Source of the DNA: a virus
Taxonomy: Duplodnaviria > Caudoviricetes
Virus record (IMG/VR): IMGVR_UViG_3300046779_000771
Location: 1-31,848 of that record
DNA length: 31,848 bases
Strand: one strand, 5' to 3'
Shown: in pieces, positions 27,101 to 31,848 of the stretch
How positions within the stretch are numbered: position 1 is the first letter of the stretch
Layout: each line of letters starts with the position of its first letter
Position numbers and translations under genes: made by a program
Notes under the pieces: generated by a model
Seen by the model: the letters and a program-made list of their open reading frames with translations, nothing else
The model's database searches: none
What the model was told of the DNA's origin: nothing

Positions 27101-27652
27101 ATGGAGGTAAGTGGTAGTATGGAACAACAATGCGAAATAAGATTGAGTAATCTCTATAAAGAGTCTCATTCGTGGTTACTACAAACTGCTCATAGGATTA
27201 CAAAGAATAAATTAGAAGCAGAGGATTTAGTTGGAGAGCTCTATGAGTATCTCCATCTAAAAAAGAATAAGAAATTGTTTTGGGGACAGAGTTACAACAT
27301 TGGTTATTGCCAGAAGTATTTGAAACACCGTTACCTAAACAAAACAAAGAAGTTAAACCGAACCGTTTACTTTGAAACCATTTTTGACAACAATACAGAA
27401 GATGTTGAATATGATTTGGAAAAGGATTTAGCAATTCAGAAAGCATACGATGAGGTAATGGAAGAGTTAAAAAGATTAGAAACAACTAAGAACTGGCCTC
27501 AATCAAAGATTGCCCAATACTATTTCTTCTCTGATAAAACAATGGAAGAAGTAGCAAAGGACATTAAAATAAGTAAATCAACCACATATCTCGCAATCAG
27601 AAAGATTAAAGAGCATATGAAACAGTTATTAGATAATCCATTTGACAAATAA
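27101..27652 (+). CDS. ECF-like sigma-70 family factor
   Basis: Region 2-like AHRITKNKLEAEDLVGELY; region 4 HTH KTMEEVAKDIKISKSTTYLAIRKIK. Confidence 0.75.
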   Translation: MEVSGSMEQQCEIRLSNLYKESHSWLLQTAHRITKNKLEAEDLVGELYEYLHLKKNKKLFWGQSYNIGYCQKYLKHRYLNKTKKLNRTVYFETIFDNNTEDVEYDLEKDLAIQKAYDEVMEELKRLETTKNWPQSKIAQYYFFSDKTMEEVAKDIKISKSTTYLAIRKIKEHMKQLLDNPFDK

Positions 27653-27653
27653 T

Positions 27654-28217
27654 ATGTTACAACAATTACCAATAGCAAGGGAACGAAACCTATACCTATC
27701 ACATCAAATAGACCAGGATTCTATAAATGAACTAAGCAGAGCAATTGTAGAAATAAACAAAGATGATGAATACTTAGGTAAGTTAGTAGGATTACATGGT
27801 ATGTCATATACTCCCAAACCAATCAACCTTTATATAGATTCATACGGAGGACAAGTATATCAATGCTTAGGTTTGATTGGTATTATGGATAAATCAGTAG
27901 TGCCGGTTCATACAATTGTAACAGGAACTGCTATGAGTTGTGGTTTTATTATTGGTATAAGCGGACATAAACGATATGCATACAATACCTCTACCTTTAT
28001 GTATCACCAAGTATCAGGAGGTGTGGTAGGTAAGTTAAAGGATATGGAAGCTGATGTAGTAGAAACTAAAAGACTGCAACTAATCCTAGAACAAATCACT
28101 TTATCTAAAACAAAAATTACTATAAACGATTTAGAAGACAATTACAAATGTAAAAACGAATGGTATATTACTCCAACAGAAGCATTAAAACTAGGAATCA
28201 TAGATGAAATTAGATAG
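27654..28217 (+). CDS. clpP: ClpP-like (S14) protease subunit
   Basis: LYIDSYGG, TGTAMSCG (catalytic Ser), FMYHQ (His), EWYITPTEALKLGIIDE; start revised to ATG 27654. Confidence 0.85.
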   Translation: MLQQLPIARERNLYLSHQIDQDSINELSRAIVEINKDDEYLGKLVGLHGMSYTPKPINLYIDSYGGQVYQCLGLIGIMDKSVVPVHTIVTGTAMSCGFIIGISGHKRYAYNTSTFMYHQVSGGVVGKLKDMEADVVETKRLQLILEQITLSKTKITINDLEDNYKCKNEWYITPTEALKLGIIDEIR

Positions 28218-28632
28218 AACCTGCTATAAATGCGGAACAGATTTTGTATTAAAACCAACACAGAAATCATCCAACATATGCCCACAATGTAAAAGAGATT
28301 ATCAAAAAGGAATAGAGAATAAGAAATCAAAGGTAGCATTATTCGGATACAAAGAGAAATACCCATATGCCGATAAAGATAAAACCCATAGGTTTATTAC
28401 AATTAGAAAGCAATTGGATAAAATGCAGAAGAGAGAAGAGTGGCAAGCATTCTTCAAAGAGCAACTCTACAAATTGGAAACAGATGATATTGCAGTATTA
28501 AAGTGGATATACGACCGCAGAGGACACAACGAAACACAAGAGATGATAGAGAATCCTCGTAAGACAGAAGACCACCCAACGTATGAAGATACCAGAACAA
28601 CACATAATAATACTAAATCGTGGTTTGATTAA
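28204..28632 (+). CDS. Hypothetical zinc-ribbon protein
   Basis: CYKC...CPQC at the N-terminus. Confidence 0.65.
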   Translation: MKLDRTCYKCGTDFVLKPTQKSSNICPQCKRDYQKGIENKKSKVALFGYKEKYPYADKDKTHRFITIRKQLDKMQKREEWQAFFKEQLYKLETDDIAVLKWIYDRRGHNETQEMIENPRKTEDHPTYEDTRTTHNNTKSWFD

Positions 28633-28643
28633 AATAAAAAGTT

Positions 28644-29060
28644 ATGGCACAGATAAAGAATTGGGACAAGCTAGATAATAATGCATTAAAGACATCTAAT
28701 ATATCATATAAGATACATATACCACCTAATCAGTTCTATCAGTATGTAAACTTTACTCAACAAAATGGATTTATTCATTATGAATACTATGGATATATAA
28801 TTGACCAATATAAAGAGGTTCAATTGGATTTGAGATTACAGATAATGTCATATAAAAAACAAATACCACAAATACTATTGAAAATATCTTTACCAGCATC
28901 AGTAACTATGGAAGAGAATATATTAGATTATGATGATATAAAAGATATAAATAGATTTAAGAAGAGAATAGAAGCTCTATTAGATAGAATGGAAACCAAA
29001 GTAATAGAAACTCAAACATATAGAGCAAGTATAAAACATCTATATCCAAATGCATTCTAA
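28644..29060 (+). CDS. Hypothetical protein
   Basis: 138 aa ORF, very AT-rich. Confidence 0.55.
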   Translation: MAQIKNWDKLDNNALKTSNISYKIHIPPNQFYQYVNFTQQNGFIHYEYYGYIIDQYKEVQLDLRLQIMSYKKQIPQILLKISLPASVTMEENILDYDDIKDINRFKKRIEALLDRMETKVIETQTYRASIKHLYPNAF

Positions 29061-29229
29061 ATTACCTAACATACAAATTGATTGGGATTACTTCAAAACT
29101 ATTGATGAAGCACATGTAGATGATTTATCGGAGTTCGGTATTCTATTACTGACAGTAGTAAAGGATGATAATGTAATGTTACTTGCTTATGAGATAGATT
29201 CTAAATCGTGGGGTTTACTACAACAATAG
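29050..29229 (+). CDS. Small hypothetical protein (59 aa, not in ORF track)
   Basis: MHSKLPNIQIDWDYFKTIDEAHVDDLSEFGILLLTVVKDDNVMLLAYEIDSKSWGLLQQ fills the gap before the terS promoter motif. Confidence 0.5.
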   Translation: MHSKLPNIQIDWDYFKTIDEAHVDDLSEFGILLLTVVKDDNVMLLAYEIDSKSWGLLQQ

Positions 29230-29236
29230 ACATAGG

Positions 29237-29244
29237 TGTTATTA
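29237..29244 (+). promoter_or_regulatory. Putative late promoter motif TGTTATTA
   Basis: 25 nt upstream of the terS ATG. Confidence 0.6.
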
Positions 29245-29269
29245 TTGAAAACTACAAAGATTTACAAAG

Positions 29270-29587
29270 ATGGCATTTAAGAAAGGAGTAAGTGGAAACC
29301 CTAATGGTAGAAAGAAAGGAGTTCCCAACAAATCAACTGCTGAAATAAAAGAGATTATCACACGCATAGTAGGTAATCAGTTAGAGCATATTGAAAAGGA
29401 TTTAGATAGAATCAGAAAGAATGACCCTGCTGAGGCAATGAGGCTATCTTCAAAGTTCATAGATTATGTCCTACCTAAGCAAACCAAAATGGAAATAGAA
29501 GGTGAGCTTACACATAAGGTAGAAAAGGTTATTATAGAGATAAGAAAAGGAAATGACAGTAAACATACAGACAACGGTAACGTTTGA
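29270..29587 (+). CDS. terS: Putative terminase small subunit (DUF5681-like)
   Basis: FKKGVSGNPNGRKKG N-terminus; overlaps the terL start. Confidence 0.75.
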   Translation: MAFKKGVSGNPNGRKKGVPNKSTAEIKEIITRIVGNQLEHIEKDLDRIRKNDPAEAMRLSSKFIDYVLPKQTKMEIEGELTHKVEKVIIEIRKGNDSKHTDNGNV

Positions 29588-30719
29588 GCATCTATTAGAA
29601 TCAAAGAATAGAGTTACTCAACACATCGGTGGAACGAGAAGTGGAAAGTCCTATGGGATACTCCAATATCTCATTGCTATGGGGCTAGAATCAACGCAAA
29701 CTATTACGATAGTAAGAAAGACCATCCCATCTCTAAAACGAACCCTAATCAAAGATTTCACAGATATTCTAAAAGGATTAAACCTATGGAAAGAAGATGC
29801 TTTTAATATTAGTGATAGAGTATATCATCTTGGTAATTCTACTTTTCAGTTTATTAACTCTGATGACCCTGAGAAGCTTAGAGGTCTTAAATCCGATATT
29901 CTATTCATTGATGAAGCATCTGAAATTGATGAGGAATCGTATTTCCAATTATCTATCAGAACTACTGGCAAAATTATATTAGCTTATAACCCTACTGTAT
30001 CACCGTATCATTGGTTAAGACAGATGGTGGATTGTGAGAGATTTGTTACAACATATTTGGATAACCCATATCTGCCAGAAGAGATGGTTAAATCCATTGA
30101 AGATTTACAATTTACAAACGAGAAAAAATTTAAAATATATGGAAAAGGCGAGTTTAGTGAAAATGATAAAGCTATATTTCAATTTGACATTGTTGATGAT
30201 ACTGATGGTGAGTTCCTTGCCTTTGGTCTTGACTTTGGCTATTCTAATGACCCCAATTCATTGGTTGCAATATACAAAAAAGACAATGAACTTTATTTGG
30301 AAGAGTTACTTTACGAAACGAAGCTTGTTACTTCTGAAATCGTTGACAGACTCAAAAAGTTAGAGATAGATAAATCACACGAGATATGGGCAGATTCATC
30401 TGAACCACGTCTGATTGAAGAGATATACCGTAGTGGGTTTAACATAAAGCCAGTAGTGAAAGGACCTGATAGTATCCGATTTGGAATATCAGTAATGCAA
30501 AACTATAAGATAAAGGTGTTGAAGACTTCACAGAATCTAATTAATGAGTTATATGGATACGAATACATAACTGACAAGTATGGTTATGTAACTGATAAAG
30601 CACAGGATTTCAATAACCACGCAATAGATGCAGCAAGATATGCCGTTATGATGAAACTATCACAGAAGGCACAGAAGAAAGGAAGTTACGCAATATCAAT
30701 AGGTAAAAACAGATTTTAA
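29553..30719 (+). CDS. terL: Terminase large subunit, PBSX/SPP1-like
   Basis: Walker A GGTRSGKS, Walker B ILFIDEA, YNP motif, nuclease GLDFGYSNDP and NHAIDAARYA. Confidence 0.95.
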   Translation: MTVNIQTTVTFEHLLESKNRVTQHIGGTRSGKSYGILQYLIAMGLESTQTITIVRKTIPSLKRTLIKDFTDILKGLNLWKEDAFNISDRVYHLGNSTFQFINSDDPEKLRGLKSDILFIDEASEIDEESYFQLSIRTTGKIILAYNPTVSPYHWLRQMVDCERFVTTYLDNPYLPEEMVKSIEDLQFTNEKKFKIYGKGEFSENDKAIFQFDIVDDTDGEFLAFGLDFGYSNDPNSLVAIYKKDNELYLEELLYETKLVTSEIVDRLKKLEIDKSHEIWADSSEPRLIEEIYRSGFNIKPVVKGPDSIRFGISVMQNYKIKVLKTSQNLINELYGYEYITDKYGYVTDKAQDFNNHAIDAARYAVMMKLSQKAQKKGSYAISIGKNRF

Positions 30720-30720
30720 T

Positions 30721-30921
30721 ATGGAACAAACATACACATCGGAAGAGATAAGACAACTCCTACTATATGTAAAGGAGATGCAAGATGTAAACGAAGACCT
30801 GAGAGCAGGTATCATTGCAATGGAAGCTAAATTAGCTAACGAAGAAAGTAAAGTAAGACAGTTGAGATTGAAGATACAAGAGCTACAATACATACTTGTA
30901 AACTACAATATCTACTTGTAA
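30721..30921 (+). CDS. Small coiled-coil protein
   Basis: 66 aa heptad pattern, 1 nt after terL. Confidence 0.6.
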   Translation: MEQTYTSEEIRQLLLYVKEMQDVNEDLRAGIIAMEAKLANEESKVRQLRLKIQELQYILVNYNIYL

Positions 30922-30955
30922 ACAATTCACAATTGTAAATTAACAAATGTAAACT

Positions 30956-31603
30956 ATGAAAAAGGAAATAAAGATTGAAGTGCCTAATAATTACTCTGCT
31001 ATTACATTGAGGAAATACCTACAAATGCAGAAGGATTTAAAAGTGTATGAAGATGATGAAGAAGCTAAACTAGCTACTCTATTCTATCACCTATGTGATG
31101 TAGAGCCAGGTGTAATGAGTAAGATAGATACTAACACATTCACACAGATAAAGAACCAATTACTTTCATTCGTAGCACAAGAGAACTTTGATTTACAACC
31201 AATAGTAGAGGTAAACGGAGTAGAGTATGGGTTTGAACCTAACTTATCTCACATTGCTTACGGTGCTTATGTGGATATATCCAAATATAATGATTTGGTT
31301 ATCAATGAGAATTGGGAAAAGATAATGGCAATCTTATACAGACCTGTAACTAAGAAGATAGGTAAGTTATATGAGATACAACCATACACAGGCAATGAAC
31401 CATCTCATCATTGGAATGAGGTAAATATGGAAGTTCATTTCGGTGCTCTGTTTTTTTTTATCAATTTGTCAAAGGTCTTATTGAAAAATATCCTGAAATC
31501 TTTGATGCAGAGGGAGGAGATTCCAGCCAACATCAAATCAATTTTAGCAAAAAGTGGGGACGTTACCAATCATTGGTCACACTCTCAAACGGAGAACTCT
31601 TAA
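30956..31603 (+). CDS. Putative tail assembly chaperone (G-like, 0 frame)
   Basis: 215 aa; contains a T9 slippery run at 31451-31459 with a long open -1 frame downstream. Confidence 0.6.
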   Translation: MKKEIKIEVPNNYSAITLRKYLQMQKDLKVYEDDEEAKLATLFYHLCDVEPGVMSKIDTNTFTQIKNQLLSFVAQENFDLQPIVEVNGVEYGFEPNLSHIAYGAYVDISKYNDLVINENWEKIMAILYRPVTKKIGKLYEIQPYTGNEPSHHWNEVNMEVHFGALFFFINLSKVLLKNILKSLMQREEIPANIKSILAKSGDVTNHWSHSQTENS

Positions 31604-31722
31604 AAATAGATGAGGTAGTAAAACAACCATTGGAGAAATGCTTGTTGTTCTTATCTTATCATTCAGATTATAACTTATTGCAATCTATGCTCCATAAGGA
31701 GTCATTAAAAAAGGTGGGGTAA
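31450..31722 (+). CDS. -1 frameshift extension (GT-like product, about 255 aa fusion)
   Basis: -1 frame reads FYQFVKGLIEKYPEIF...FSKKWGRYQSL...PLEKCLLFLSY...LKKVG*; in-frame TGA at 31417 and no usable ATG of its own. Confidence 0.65.
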   Translation, partial: VFFYQFVKGLIEKYPEIFDAEGGDSSQHQINFSKKWGRYQSLVTLSNGELLKIDEVVKQPLEKCLLFLSYHSDYNLLQSMLHKESLKKVG

Positions 31723-31848
31723 AGATAAACCCCACTTTTGTTGTTATTACCAATAAACAATACAAATGGCTAAATGGAGTAATTCACGTAACGGAAACCT
31801 ACGTTATTCTGTCAATAGAGAGAATGCGAGTGGCATATACATTGGTCC
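31708..31848. repeat. Terminal direct repeat / circular assembly overlap (copy 2)
   Basis: Matches 1-141 at 140 of 141 positions. Confidence 0.97.

Noticed and set aside
12070-30363. Short alternative-frame + strand ORFs inside long genes (12070, 13924, 15397, 15814, 19040, 29797, 30034)
   Set aside because: Fully nested, with biased composition and no motifs
2992-30893. All minus-strand ORFs in the track (e.g. 2992-3420, 13103-13450, 19610-20026, 26534-26797)
   Set aside because: They are shadows of + strand genes; poly-Val and similar sequences simply mirror the Thr tracts and codon bias
1-31848. Stop-codon reassignment
   Set aside because: The standard code yields full-length, tightly packed genes; TAG and TGA both act as real stops

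Overview
The window is a complete, circularly assembled (about 31,707 bp unique) AT-rich tailed dsDNA phage genome with siphovirus-like structural genes. Bases 1-141 recur at 31708-31848 with one synonymous mismatch, and every credible gene lies on the + strand. Bacteroidota-type promoters (TTTG-N20-TAnnTTTG) and A-rich starts without Shine-Dalgarno sites point to a Bacteroidota host. It carries a PBSX/SPP1-type terminase pair, portal, scaffold, capsid, tail tube, connectors, tail tip, tape measure and an XkdF-like protease. A compact early region encodes a DUF4373-type replication initiator with internal 11-bp iterons, a GIY-YIG endonuclease, an RHH protein, an ECF-like sigma factor and a ClpP-like protease. 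The most striking feature is a candidate virion O-glycosylation system. Two tail proteins with mucin-like poly-Thr/Pro tracts sit directly upstream of a four-gene cassette: a glycosyltransferase resembling plant HPAT/SERGT1 protein O-glycosyltransferases, a SAM methyltransferase and two GT-A enzymes. A recurrent [S/T]-[G/A]-S motif is enriched in surface-exposed virion proteins. Other signals read directly from the DNA are a -1 frameshift tail chaperone, a repeated TGTTATTA late-promoter motif, a kissing-loop RNA leader upstream of the replication gene and a possible anti-start-codon small RNA. No endolysin, integrase, DNA polymerase or helicase was recognised. All family assignments come from motif recognition by eye, not from database searches.
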